From an uncultured delta proteobacterium (GTDB lineage: Bacteria; Desulfobacterota; Binatia; Binatales; Binataceae): 64,000 nt of DNA. A program made the position numbers and the translations under genes. The notes below the pieces were generated by a model that saw only the letters and a list, made by a program, of their open reading frames with translations, made no database searches and was not told where the DNA came from. Positions 48,684-58,735 of this stretch are shown in pieces. The stretch lies in the NCBI GenBank assembly GCA_963808235.1, contig CAWEEQ010000004.1, positions 1,440,001-1,504,000 on the forward strand, given 5' to 3'. Positions within the stretch are counted from its first letter, which is position 1. The number at the start of each line of letters is the position of its first letter.

Positions 48684-50721
48684 TCGCGCCGGCACGCCGA
48701 GCGTTCCTGCGCCGAACGGAGCCGGCATCGCGCCGGCAACTTCGAGCGGCGACGCGCGCGCCAACCTGCTCTACTCGAGCGAGACGGCTCCGCTCACGAT
48801 CGGCGAAGCGTGGCGGATCTTGGCGAAGAGCTGGCCGTTCATCAGTCGCCATCGGCGGCTGGTGGCGATCAAGTGCGGCCTGGTGTTCGTCTCGCTGACA
48901 TTTATTCTGATGACGCCGTGGCCGCTCAAGATAGTGATCGACAACGTGATCGACGGCCATCCGCTGACCGGAATTCCGGCGGCGATTCTGACGCCGATGG
49001 TCGGCGCCGATCGCGCCGCGATACTCGCGGCGGTGACGCTGTTCCTGCTCGCGGCAGTGATCCTGATCGGAATGATCGGCGACAACGCCGAAGCGCTCGG
49101 CACCCGCGTCGATAGCGGAGGATTGGACCAGGCGGGCGCGACCGCCGACGAAGCGAACGAAGGCAGCAGCCTATGGAACGGTTTGTTCGGCTACCTGGAG
49201 GCCCGGGTCACGATCGATTTGACGCAGCGGATGAACCAATCGGTGCGCACGGCGATCTATGAGCGATTTCTGCGCTCGCCGCTCGCGCTCTACGCCGATC
49301 AGAAAATCGGCGATGCGGTTTTCCGGGTGATGTATGACAGTGCGTCGATCGGCCCGGTGTTCTATCGCGGCGTCCTGGCGCCGGTGATGTCGCTGTTGAT
49401 GTTCATCATGGCGATGATCGTGCTGTCCTGGCAGTTCAGCAATCAACTGGTGATCGTAGGGATCGCGATTGCGTTACTGCCGATCGTGGCTATCGGCAGC
49501 GGCCTGTTCGGACGCGCGCTGCGCGGACAGAGCCAGACGATGCGCGAGCGCAGCAGTGACGTGATGGCGGCCTTCGAGGAACGCGTCGCGCAGGTGCAAC
49601 TGATAAAAGCGTTCGGGCAGGAGGAGCGCGAGACGGCGGCGGTCGATTCGGCAAGCTGGGCATCGTTTCGAGCGACGCTCAAAATTCTGGCGATCACCGC
49701 GGCGATCGTGATCGTTCTGACCCCGATGATCGGCGTGCTGGTTGGATACACGGTCTACTACCTATTTACCCAGGTGATTAACGGGCGGATGACGCTCGGC
49801 GATATCGTGCTGCTGGCCGGATACGGAGGGATGCTCTGGAATCCGATGTCGATAATCGGCAGCACGTGGGCGTCGGTGCAGGCGCCGATCGCAGGATTGA
49901 GACGGGTGCATAGCGTACTCGACAATCTGGGCGAGCCGAACGGTGCCGGCCTCGCGGGAAACGGCGCACGAGGACTCGAGCCGCGAATCGGCAGGCTCGA
50001 GTTCAACGAAGTCGCAATCGGCTATGGCGATACCACGGTACTGAGCCACGTTTCGATGGCTCTGAGAGCCGGTGAACTGGTTGCGCTTGCCGGACCGAGC
50101 GGATGCGGCAAGACCACGCTTATCTATTCGATTCCGCGCTTCCTCGAACCGTCGGCGGGAACGATTGAATTCGACGGCACCGATTCGCGCTCTGTTGCCC
50201 CGGATGCGATTCGGGAACGGGTGGGCTTTGTATTCCAGCAGGAATCGCTATTCTCGATCTCAATCGACGACAACATCCGGTACGGGAGCGCGGGCGCATC
50301 GGAGGCCAGCGTGCGCGAGGCGGCCGCGATGGCGGGCGCGGCCGGATTTGTCGAGCAGTTGCCCGACGGATACGCGACGATGCTCGGACGGCGTGGGGCG
50401 CGCCTGTCGGTCGGCCAGAAGCAGCGAATTGCTATCGCGCGCGCCCTGCTCCGCCGTCCGGAGATCATGGTGCTCGACGAGCCGACCGCGCCGCTCGACC
50501 CGGGTTCCGAATCCGATCTGATCAAGACTTTGCGCACTCTGTCCCGCGATCGAATCGTAATTATCGTGGCGCATCGCGCCGACACGCTTGCCGCCTGCGA
50601 CCGGGTTCTTTTTGTTCATGGCGGAACGATCGCCGCGGCCGGCACTCACCTTGAATTGCTGGCAAGCAACCAGTCTTACCGCGACTACCTGGCGCAGACG
50701 GCGTCGGAAATCCATAGCTGA
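48676..50721 (+). CDS. ABC exporter, fused TMD-NBD (half 2)
   Basis: TM domain; GPSGCGKT, LSVGQKQR, VLDEPT and AHR motifs; overlaps half 1. Confidence 0.92.
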   Translation: MPDRAGTPSVPAPNGAGIAPATSSGDARANLLYSSETAPLTIGEAWRILAKSWPFISRHRRLVAIKCGLVFVSLTFILMTPWPLKIVIDNVIDGHPLTGIPAAILTPMVGADRAAILAAVTLFLLAAVILIGMIGDNAEALGTRVDSGGLDQAGATADEANEGSSLWNGLFGYLEARVTIDLTQRMNQSVRTAIYERFLRSPLALYADQKIGDAVFRVMYDSASIGPVFYRGVLAPVMSLLMFIMAMIVLSWQFSNQLVIVGIAIALLPIVAIGSGLFGRALRGQSQTMRERSSDVMAAFEERVAQVQLIKAFGQEERETAAVDSASWASFRATLKILAITAAIVIVLTPMIGVLVGYTVYYLFTQVINGRMTLGDIVLLAGYGGMLWNPMSIIGSTWASVQAPIAGLRRVHSVLDNLGEPNGAGLAGNGARGLEPRIGRLEFNEVAIGYGDTTVLSHVSMALRAGELVALAGPSGCGKTTLIYSIPRFLEPSAGTIEFDGTDSRSVAPDAIRERVGFVFQQESLFSISIDDNIRYGSAGASEASVREAAAMAGAAGFVEQLPDGYATMLGRRGARLSVGQKQRIAIARALLRRPEIMVLDEPTAPLDPGSESDLIKTLRTLSRDRIVIIVAHRADTLAACDRVLFVHGGTIAAAGTHLELLASNQSYRDYLAQTASEIHS

Positions 50722-50724
50722 TCC

Positions 50725-50740
50725 GGGCACGCCGATTGCT
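50725..50740 (+). promoter_or_regulatory. Sigma54 -24/-12 promoter upstream of the ATP-grasp operon
   Basis: GGGCACGCCGATTGCT versus consensus TGGCACGNNNNTTGCW (one mismatch), 90 nt before the ATG. Confidence 0.7.
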
Positions 50741-50829
50741 CTGGTTGCAGTCGGGATTTGTGCACGTGGCTCGACGGTTTGGCCGCGCCGACTAATTTCG
50801 CGGCAAATCCGTCTGCAAGGTGATTTGCG

Positions 50830-52323
50830 ATGGCTGCGATTGTTCTCGAAACAGGCACAACGACGCCCGTTTGGGCGGCGTACAAGTCGGGCGATGGCAT
50901 GTTCGACGAAATGCTCGACCTCGCCCACAGCGCGCGGAGCGGATGCCAGCCAACCGCGAAGGCATTATTCTCGATGGCGCCAGACTGGTTCGCCGAGATA
51001 TCAGGGCGCGCGCAGCAGATGTTCCGGCGGATGGGCGTAACCTTCAATGTCTATGGCGGCGCAGACGGTATCGAGCGGATTTTCCCGTTCGATCCGATTC
51101 CGCGCGTGATCGATGCGGACACCTGGACGACGCTGGAGGCAGGACTCATCCAGCGCGTTCGCGCGCTCAACATGTTTGTCGCCGACGTTTATGGCGAAGG
51201 CAGCATCCTCGCCGATGGAATCGTTCCGCGCGACCTGGTGCTCGGATGCCCGCAGTTTCGCCGCGCCGCCGCGGGCATCAAGCCGCCGCTCGGCAACTTC
51301 ATCACAGTTGCGGGAATCGATCTCGTCCGCGGCGCCGACGGCCGGTTTTATGTGCTCGAAGACAACGTCCGCACACCCTCGGGCGTATCGTACGTGATCG
51401 AAAATCGCCTGGTCATGACGCGTCTGATGCCCGACTTGATGCGATCGTGCCGCGTGCGCAGCGTCGAGCGCTATCCAGCCGACTTGCTGCAGTGTCTCAT
51501 CGAACAGGCGCCGGGCGGCAAGTCGAATCCCACCATCGCGCTGCTGACGCCGGGACCGTACAACTCTGCGTTTTTCGAACACGTGTTCCTGTCGCAACAA
51601 ATGGGAATCGAGCTTGTCGAGGGTCAGGATCTGGTCTGCGCCGATCACAAGCTTTACATGAAAACCGTTCACGGACTGAGCCAGGTGGACGTTCTGTATC
51701 GGCGCATCGATGACGACTTCGCCGATCCGCTGGTCTTCCGCGCCGACTCGATGCTCGGAGTCGCCGGGCTGACGGCCGTCTTGCGCGCCGGCAACGCAGC
51801 TGTCGCCAACGGCCTCGGCACGGGAATCGCCGACGACAAGGCGATCTACGCCTACACGCCCGCGATGATTCGTTACTACCTTTCCGAAGAACCGATTCTG
51901 CCGATCGTCGAGACCTATCTGCTTCGCGACCGCGAGGTTAAAGAAGAAGTGCTGGCCAGGCTCGAGCGCTATGTGATCAAGCCAACCGGTGCGTCGGGTG
52001 GTTACGGCGTTGTGATCGGACCGAAAGCCAGCGAGCAGGAGCTGGCGCAGGTGCGCGAACTGATTGTCGCCGATCCTTCGGCATTTATCGCGCAGCCGGT
52101 AATTCAGCTGTCGATGCATCCGACGATTGTCGGTGGCTCTGGGAGCAGCTCAGAAACTCAGATCGCGCCGCGACACATAGACTTCCGTCCGTTCGTATTG
52201 CTCGGCGCCAAACCGCGAGTCCTCGCGGGCGGCCTGACTCGAGTCGCGCTGAAAGAAGGCTCGCTCATCGTAAACTCGTCCCAGGGCGGGGGAAGCAAGG
52301 ACACCTGGGTGCTCGAGAATTAG
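50830..52323 (+). CDS. Circularly permuted type 2 ATP-grasp protein
   Basis: GVTFNVY, FPFDPIPR, EDNVRTPSGVSY, YRRIDD, GGLTRVAL and VNSSQGGGSKDTWV motifs. Confidence 0.95.
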   Translation: MAAIVLETGTTTPVWAAYKSGDGMFDEMLDLAHSARSGCQPTAKALFSMAPDWFAEISGRAQQMFRRMGVTFNVYGGADGIERIFPFDPIPRVIDADTWTTLEAGLIQRVRALNMFVADVYGEGSILADGIVPRDLVLGCPQFRRAAAGIKPPLGNFITVAGIDLVRGADGRFYVLEDNVRTPSGVSYVIENRLVMTRLMPDLMRSCRVRSVERYPADLLQCLIEQAPGGKSNPTIALLTPGPYNSAFFEHVFLSQQMGIELVEGQDLVCADHKLYMKTVHGLSQVDVLYRRIDDDFADPLVFRADSMLGVAGLTAVLRAGNAAVANGLGTGIADDKAIYAYTPAMIRYYLSEEPILPIVETYLLRDREVKEEVLARLERYVIKPTGASGGYGVVIGPKASEQELAQVRELIVADPSAFIAQPVIQLSMHPTIVGGSGSSSETQIAPRHIDFRPFVLLGAKPRVLAGGLTRVALKEGSLIVNSSQGGGSKDTWVLEN

Positions 52324-53285
52324 TGCTGCGCCGAATCGCGAGCCATCTGTATTGGACTGCGCGCAACCTCGAGCGCGCTGAATGGCGCGCGCGGCTCGTC
52401 GATGTGAACTATCATCTCTTGATCGAGACTCCGCCTCGCGGCGCCGAGCCATGGGCTCCGCTACTCGCAATTTTTGGCGAGCGCGATACGTTTGCCGAGC
52501 ATTACGAGACCGCCGACGAACACTCGGTTCTGAATTTCTTCGTTCTCGATCTCGATAATCCCAATTCGATCCGAAACTGCGTCAACAACGCCCGCAACAA
52601 TGCGCTTTCCCTGCGCCATTACGTGTCATCCGAATTTTGGATCGGCCTGAACACGCTTTACCTCTCCGCACAGGCGTGGACGCCTAGCCTTTTCATCACC
52701 CCGGGGGTGTTCGCGTTTTTCGCTGAGCTTAGGGACAGCTTCTACCGGCTTTCGGGAATCCTGCAGACCACCATCCCGCGCGACCCGGCCTACGACTTCA
52801 TGCAAATCGGCATGATGCTCGAGCGCGCGGAAGACGTCGCCCGGATGCTCGATGTGAAATATCATTTCCTGCTTCCAAAGCTGGAGGACGTCGGTGGTCC
52901 GGTCGATTTGCTGCAATGGGGAGCGGTGCTGCGAAGTGCATCCGGCCTGGAGCCTTATCGAAAACGTTTCGGCAATGCGATCGAGATCAGTAAGGTGGTC
53001 GGAATTCTGCTCTTCGACCCTTCGTTTCCGCGTTCTGCGCGCTTCTCGCTCGACCAGCTTGCGGTCTCGGTCGCTCGAATCGCCGCTGACGATTCGTCTT
53101 CACCGCGACCGCTCGAACAATCTCCCGCAGATTTTCCAGCCCTGCACGAACTGGATAAGTCTCTGATGTCCGATCGATCGCCGCAGGTACTGAAGTCCGG
53201 GCTGCATCAATTCCTGATTCAAATCCAGGATGGATGCGCGGCGATCGGCGAAGAGGTGTTCGCAAAATATCTTCGGACCGAGTGA
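52323..53285 (+). CDS. Alpha-E domain protein (DUF403)
   Basis: LYWTARNLERAE, LERAEDVARMLDVKY and FPRS motifs. Confidence 0.93.
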   Translation: MLRRIASHLYWTARNLERAEWRARLVDVNYHLLIETPPRGAEPWAPLLAIFGERDTFAEHYETADEHSVLNFFVLDLDNPNSIRNCVNNARNNALSLRHYVSSEFWIGLNTLYLSAQAWTPSLFITPGVFAFFAELRDSFYRLSGILQTTIPRDPAYDFMQIGMMLERAEDVARMLDVKYHFLLPKLEDVGGPVDLLQWGAVLRSASGLEPYRKRFGNAIEISKVVGILLFDPSFPRSARFSLDQLAVSVARIAADDSSSPRPLEQSPADFPALHELDKSLMSDRSPQVLKSGLHQFLIQIQDGCAAIGEEVFAKYLRTE

Positions 53286-53290
53286 AGCCC

Positions 53291-54184
53291 ATGCTGCTGC
53301 GGATTGTCCACACCACGCGCTTCGCCTACGAGAAGCCCGCCTTCCAGTCGCATAACGAAGTCAGGATGCGGCCGCTCGAGGGCGTCGATCAGCGATGCGT
53401 CAAGTTCGAGCTGGATACGCAACCGAGCGCGACCACGCTTGAATATCGCGACTTCTACGGCAATAACGTTCATGCCCTGTCGGTTCATCAACCGCACACG
53501 GAGTTTAGCGTGGTCGCTCGCTCGATCGTCGAACGCGTGCAGGTTCCATCGCCAGTTCCGGTCGAAACCTCGTTCAAGGCTTTTCTGATCGACGACCACA
53601 AACGTTACCAGACTGAATACGATTTCCTGAGCGCGAGCCGGCACATCCCGTTCAGCAAACCGCTCAGAACTTTTTTTTGGATGGCCCGTCCGCGCCACGA
53701 CGAAAATGTAGCTGACTACACCAATCGAATAGTCAATTACATCCGTTCACAGTTCGCTTACGAACCCGGCAAGACCAAAGTACACTCGACCGCCGACGAG
53801 ATTCTCAGCGTCGGCGCAGGCGTTTGCCAGGATTTTGCGCATCTCGCGATAGGCGTCCTGCGTCTGGCTGGAATTCCGTCGCGCTACGTATCCGGATACT
53901 TGGCACCGGCGTTGGACAACACCGTTGAAAGCGTCGGCGCGCAGGCGAGCCACGCATGGCTCGAGGTCCAGCTACCGGGCGCAGGATGGATCGGATTCGA
54001 TCCGACCAATGGATGCCAGGTGGACCAGCGTCATATCCGCGTGGCAATCGGGCGCGACTATTCGGACGTGCCGCCGATGCGCGGAGTGTATCGTAGCACT
54101 GGCATCAGCCAGACCATGACGGTCGAGCTGCGCATCGAGCCCGAGTCGGATCAACAGCAGCAACAGGATCAGAATCAGCAGTGA
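53291..54184 (+). CDS. Transglutaminase-like protein
   Basis: GVCQDFAH, RYVSGY, SHAW, GFDPTN and GRDYSDVPP motifs; Gln-rich C-terminus. Confidence 0.95.
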   Translation: MLLRIVHTTRFAYEKPAFQSHNEVRMRPLEGVDQRCVKFELDTQPSATTLEYRDFYGNNVHALSVHQPHTEFSVVARSIVERVQVPSPVPVETSFKAFLIDDHKRYQTEYDFLSASRHIPFSKPLRTFFWMARPRHDENVADYTNRIVNYIRSQFAYEPGKTKVHSTADEILSVGAGVCQDFAHLAIGVLRLAGIPSRYVSGYLAPALDNTVESVGAQASHAWLEVQLPGAGWIGFDPTNGCQVDQRHIRVAIGRDYSDVPPMRGVYRSTGISQTMTVELRIEPESDQQQQQDQNQQ

Positions 54185-54223
54185 CGCCGTTTGCCGCCAG
54201 CAGCACATTGGCTCGCAGAGCCG

Positions 54224-55642
54224 CTATGCGCTGACGGCGGGCGTCGCGACCAGCGGCGGCATCAGCGTGTCGGGAGCAGCTGCGGGTTTGCCCCGGATGA
54301 GCCGGCGCGACCATGCCTTCGCAATCATCGCGAGCAAAGACATCTCGAACAGCGAGGACGGCGGCTTGATCATGTTGATCACTTCGGCGATACGGTCTCC
54401 GATTCTCGGGTCGTCGTTGGCGACCTCGAACATTCGTCCGAGCAGTGGATCCAGCACGCGACTTATCATGGGACGCGTACCCTCCGTGCCGGCGATTCTG
54501 AAATCCGCACCGGTCGCGAGGCCCCACGGCTCGGCCTGGAATCGTGCTTGCGCGGCGAAAAATTTGCGCGGCAATTCGGCATCACCTGAGGTGCTGTTTT
54601 TAAGACATTCACCGAGTATCAGCGCGGACAGCGCCCCCGAAGTCATCCCCTGCCCGTAGACCGGATTGAAAGCGCACGACGAATCGCCGAGCGCGACGAA
54701 GCCGTCGAGCCGCGCGTTCCATTTTTCGTAATGGCGCCATCGGTTCGCCATCTGCCGATACGAATAGACTTTCGAGATTGGCTCCGCGAGTGCGACTTCC
54801 GACGCAATGATCGGCGAGCGCAGTTCGCCAAGTCGGGTCGTGAACCCGTCTTCGTCGCTCGGCGGATAGTGCCCGCCGATTCCCGCCATCGTGACGATCA
54901 TTCGATTGCCTTCGACCGGAAACAAAACGCCCGCGCTGGAAAAATGCTCGGCGACCGGATCGATCCAGATTCCCTTCCACCACCAGTCTTTCGGACGCCG
55001 CTCGGGATTCACCTTGTACCATCGCGACGCGTACCCAGTGTGCGAATCGACCACCGTCTCCGCGGGAATCGGCAGTCCCATCGCCTCAATCCACGAAGGG
55101 CACTTGGTCGAGCGCCCGCTCGCATCGACAATCAGATCGCCCGTCAGAGTAAACGGCGCTCCGCTATCGCGCGGATTTACCTTCACGCCGGTCACGCGCC
55201 GCGAATCGGACTGACTCGTCTCGAAGCCCACCGCCTCGACGCGCTCGATCAGTTCGACGTTCGCCGTGCGGCGGAGCAACTCCCTGATGGTCTCCTCGAT
55301 CAACACACGGCTGGCGAATAGCGTGGTAAGCCGGTCAGAGCGGCGCGCGGCCCATCCGTTGGCTCTCAGCGCCGCGAAGTCGCGGCTGAAGTTAATTTCG
55401 ATCGCGCCGCGATCGAGCATGTTCTTTTCGAATCCCGGAAACAGCCGCTCGAGCTCGAGCCGCCCACGCGACAACAGCGCATGCACGTGCCGGCTCTGCG
55501 GAACGCCGGGCCGCTCGTGCGCGCCCGCCGGATAGCTGTCGCGATCGAGCACTGTGATCTTGTCGTAGAAACCGCTGAGCACCTGCGCGGCACACAGTCC
55601 AGCCATGCTTCCGCCGATTACGATCGCATGATTTCTTGCCAT
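54224..55642 (-). CDS. FAD-dependent oxidoreductase / monooxygenase
   Basis: VIGGSMAGL, GVPQSRHVH, DASGR and GDSSCAFNPVYGQGM motifs. Confidence 0.9.
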   Translation of the reverse strand: MARNHAIVIGGSMAGLCAAQVLSGFYDKITVLDRDSYPAGAHERPGVPQSRHVHALLSRGRLELERLFPGFEKNMLDRGAIEINFSRDFAALRANGWAARRSDRLTTLFASRVLIEETIRELLRRTANVELIERVEAVGFETSQSDSRRVTGVKVNPRDSGAPFTLTGDLIVDASGRSTKCPSWIEAMGLPIPAETVVDSHTGYASRWYKVNPERRPKDWWWKGIWIDPVAEHFSSAGVLFPVEGNRMIVTMAGIGGHYPPSDEDGFTTRLGELRSPIIASEVALAEPISKVYSYRQMANRWRHYEKWNARLDGFVALGDSSCAFNPVYGQGMTSGALSALILGECLKNSTSGDAELPRKFFAAQARFQAEPWGLATGADFRIAGTEGTRPMISRVLDPLLGRMFEVANDDPRIGDRIAEVINMIKPPSSLFEMSLLAMIAKAWSRRLIRGKPAAAPDTLMPPLVATPAVSA

Positions 55643-55671
55643 CTGAATATTCCTTTCCCCGTATGCTCCGG

Positions 55672-56319
55672 TTACTCGCGTCTCGATTTCCTGTCGCTCA
55701 GCCCCTTCAGAATGATGTCCAAAGTCTCGGCGACTGCGGCTTCGATATCGATTTTTCCGTCGTGCCGGACCCACGTATAGATGAGCGCAAAGAACGCCGC
55801 GCACACAGTCAGAGCTGCAACGGTAGGTTGCGTCCGTTTTCGAAATTCGCCGGCCGCCTGCCCGCGGCGAATAATCGCGGCCAGCAGATGAACCAGGTCG
55901 GCGGTCCGTTGATCGTGTTCGCTGAGGACTCCCGGGCGTGCGATCACCTCGCGAACCACCATCCGGACCACATCCGGATGCCTCTGCGCGCGTTCGGCGA
56001 GCATCTTCAGCGCCATCCTCAGGGTCAACGTCGCGCTGCCGCGATACTCGCGAATTGCGGCCGCAAGCTCCAGGTTGGCCCGCTCGCCATATTCGACCAG
56101 CAGCGCCTCTTTGGCCGGAAAATGTAAGAAAAACGTAGCCCGCGCCACGTCGGCCTCGTCGCAAATATCGTCAATCGTAACCGAATCGAAACCTCGTTTG
56201 AGGAACAGGTTCATCGCGGCGTTGTAGATATCGGCGCGAGTGCGTCCTTTCTTGCGCTCGCGGCGCGAGACCGCCGGCGTTCTTGAGCGGAGACTGGAAG
56301 CGAGTGTTTGTTCGGCCAT
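55672..56319 (-). CDS. TetR/AcrR family transcriptional regulator
   Basis: RRERKK..TR..I..AA..LF..RGF..VTIDDIC..ADVARATFF.HF..KE helix-turn-helix. Confidence 0.94.
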   Translation of the reverse strand: MAEQTLASSLRSRTPAVSRRERKKGRTRADIYNAAMNLFLKRGFDSVTIDDICDEADVARATFFLHFPAKEALLVEYGERANLELAAAIREYRGSATLTLRMALKMLAERAQRHPDVVRMVVREVIARPGVLSEHDQRTADLVHLLAAIIRRGQAAGEFRKRTQPTVAALTVCAAFFALIYTWVRHDGKIDIEAAVAETLDIILKGLSDRKSRRE

Positions 56320-56324
56320 GAGAC

Positions 56325-56338
56325 TAGACTCAAGTCTA
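56325..56338. promoter_or_regulatory. Candidate TetR operator
   Basis: Inverted repeat TAGACT-CA-AGTCTA 5 nt upstream of the tetR ATG. Confidence 0.6.
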
Positions 56339-56416
56339 TTAAATGACTGTAGTGCGCGAAGCAAGGGATGCGCGATGCGTTCCGCTTTTGCCCGACAGAA
56401 GCGAGCCGTATAAAAT

Positions 56417-57164
56417 TTGTGGTCGTCCCGGACGATCTGCGATTTGCCAAAAGATAAAAATAAGACTCGCGACCCGGCTGATCGGCCGCGCGTCGTCGTC
56501 GATTTCGATCTGCTGCGAACTTTCGCGGCGCAAAATTTCCGCGATCTCGGAGGACGTCCGACAATCGCGGGCCGCCGAGTCCGCGCCGGCAAAATCTATC
56601 GCTCCTCGCATCTGGCCGAAGTTCCGCCCGAGAGCCCGATCAGTCAACTGAAGCTGCGGACCCTGGTCACCTTGCAGAGCCGCGCGGAAGTGAAGCATCT
56701 TGGCGCGCCAAAACCGGCCGGGCGCCTCGGCGTACGATGGGAACACATCCCGATGGGCGACGAATGGTTCAACGACCAGGGTTATACGCGGATTGCGCAC
56801 TGAGCCGGGACGCGAACACCTGGCGCTCGTGATGCACTTCCGCGAGGATTGGCTCCGCTTCTTCAAGCTGCTCGGCGAGCGCGACGTCTATCCGCTGCTC
56901 TTCCACTGTTCGGCGGGACGCGACCGCACTGGAGTCGGTGCCGCGATGCTGCTCTCGGTGCTCGGCGTCGATCGGGAGAAGATCGTGGCCGACTTTCTCG
57001 AGAGCAACCTGGTTTTCAAAAAGATCCCGCTCGCGGCAGAGCAACTTGATCCGGTATTCGAATTGATCGATGAAAACGGCGGAATCGAAGGCTTCATGCG
57101 CGAAGTAATCGGCCTGAAATCCAGCGAGCTGGATCTAATCCGCGAAGATCTCCTGGAAGACTAG
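56417..57164 (+). pseudogene. Protein-tyrosine phosphatase (PtpB/LipA-like) with a single-base frameshift near 56795
   Basis: NFRDLGG and IYRS in one frame, FHCSAGRDRTG in the next; start uncertain. Confidence 0.85.
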
Positions 57165-58322
57165 TCAGGCGGGAAGGTAGCCGTCGCGCAGTAGAGACTT
57201 CGCGATGATCATGCGCTGCACTTCGCTGGTACCCTCGCCGATTTCGGAGAGCTTCGCGTCGCGCATGTAACGCTCGACCGGAAAGTCAGTGACGTAACCG
57301 TAACCGCCATGGATCTGCACGGCCTTGATCGTCGACCACATCGCGGTCTCCGACGCGAACAGCTTGGCCATCGCAGCTTCGCGCGCGAACGGTTTGCCTG
57401 CATCCTTGAGCGCGGCGGCTCGGCAGATGAGCACCCACGACGCGTCGATGCGCGTTGCCATGTCCGCGAACATCCACTGGATTGCCTGGAACTCCGCAAT
57501 CTTCTTGCCGAACTGCCCGCGTTCGAGTGCGTAGCTGCGCGCCTCTTCGAATGCGCCGCGTGCGATTCCTGCTGCGAATCCGGCGATTCCGATGCGCCCT
57601 GCCTCGAGCACTTTGAGCGTTTGCCGGTAGCCTGCGCCGAGCTCGCCAACCAGGTTTCGCGCCGGCACGGTGACGTTTTCGAAGTTCACCTCGGCGGTGT
57701 CGGAGGCTCTGAGCCCAAGCTTCTCGATCTTCTTTCCATTCGACAATCCGGCCGCGCCGCGATCGACGATGAACGCCGAGACTCCGTCGCGTCCGCGCGC
57801 CTGGTCCGTCACCGCCATCACTACGTAAACGTCCGCAACGGTGCCGTTGGTGATGAACATCTTCGACCCGTTGATCGAAAAGTTGTCGCCGACGCGCGTC
57901 GCCTTGGTTAACATCGCGGCCGCGTCGGAACCGGAACTCGGCTCCGTGAGGCACCATGCGCCGATCTTTTTCGCCGCAAGCATGGGCGGTACGTATTGCT
58001 CGCGCAACGCGTCGCTTGCGAACCCCGCAATATGCCCGGTCGAGAGCGACATGTGCGCCGCGCACGTGAGTCCGATCGACGCGTCGTAACGCGACAGCCC
58101 CTCGACGACGAGCACCTGTGAGAGGGTGTCTGCTCCGCCGCCGCCGAATTTCTCCGGGAACGCCACGCCAAGGAATCCGAGCTGGCCGAGCTTCTCGACG
58201 ATGTGCCGCGGAAAAGTTTCTTCCTTGTCCCATTTGGTCGAATGCGGCTTGATTTCCCGCTCGGCGAAATCGGTCAGCGTCTCGCGGATACGGCGCTGCT
58301 CTTCGGTGAGGTCGAAATTCAT
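57165..58322 (-). CDS. Acyl-CoA dehydrogenase
   Basis: [28 protein letters not shown] and EIGEGTSE motifs. Confidence 0.95.
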   Translation of the reverse strand: MNFDLTEEQRRIRETLTDFAEREIKPHSTKWDKEETFPRHIVEKLGQLGFLGVAFPEKFGGGGADTLSQVLVVEGLSRYDASIGLTCAAHMSLSTGHIAGFASDALREQYVPPMLAAKKIGAWCLTEPSSGSDAAAMLTKATRVGDNFSINGSKMFITNGTVADVYVVMAVTDQARGRDGVSAFIVDRGAAGLSNGKKIEKLGLRASDTAEVNFENVTVPARNLVGELGAGYRQTLKVLEAGRIGIAGFAAGIARGAFEEARSYALERGQFGKKIAEFQAIQWMFADMATRIDASWVLICRAAALKDAGKPFAREAAMAKLFASETAMWSTIKAVQIHGGYGYVTDFPVERYMRDAKLSEIGEGTSEVQRMIIAKSLLRDGYLPA

Positions 58323-58331
58323 GGTGATCGA

Positions 58332-58733
58332 CTAACGCGGCGCGACGTTCTCCCGCACCCACTTGACGATATCTTCCGTCGAGGCGCCGGGGGTGAATAT
58401 CTGCCGCACGCCCATCGCCTTCAGCTTGTCGGCGTCTTCGTCCGGAATAATTCCGCCGCCGAATACCGCTACCTCGCCGGCGCCGCGCTCTTTGAGCAGG
58501 CGCATCACCTCGGGAAACAGCGTCATGTGCGCGCCTGAAAGCACGCTGAGTCCGACCGCGTCGGCATCTTCCTGCACCGCGGCCTCTGCGATCATTTCCG
58601 GGGTCTGATGAAGGCCCGTGTAGATCACCTCGAAGCCGCCGTCGCGCAGCGCACGCGCGATTATCTTCGCGCCGCGATCGTGTCCGTCGAGTCCGGGCTT
58701 CGCAACCAGAATCCTGAGTCTCTTGTCTGCCAT
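58332..58733 (-). CDS. icmB: Acyl-CoA mutase small, B12-binding subunit (IcmB-like)
   Basis: [17 protein letters not shown] and GGIIP motifs. Confidence 0.85.
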   Translation of the reverse strand: MADKRLRILVAKPGLDGHDRGAKIIARALRDGGFEVIYTGLHQTPEMIAEAAVQEDADAVGLSVLSGAHMTLFPEVMRLLKERGAGEVAVFGGGIIPDEDADKLKAMGVRQIFTPGASTEDIVKWVRENVAPR

Positions 58734-58735
58734 CG

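Noticed and set aside
55643-56164. N-terminal extension of the FAD oxidoreductase suggesting a fusion
   Set aside because: Overlaps tetR in another frame; the Rossmann motif starts right after ATG 55642, which has its own SD
41840-56800. Programmed ribosomal frameshifting at the split genes
   Set aside because: No shared slippery heptamer or stimulatory structure seen, and these families are not known for recoding
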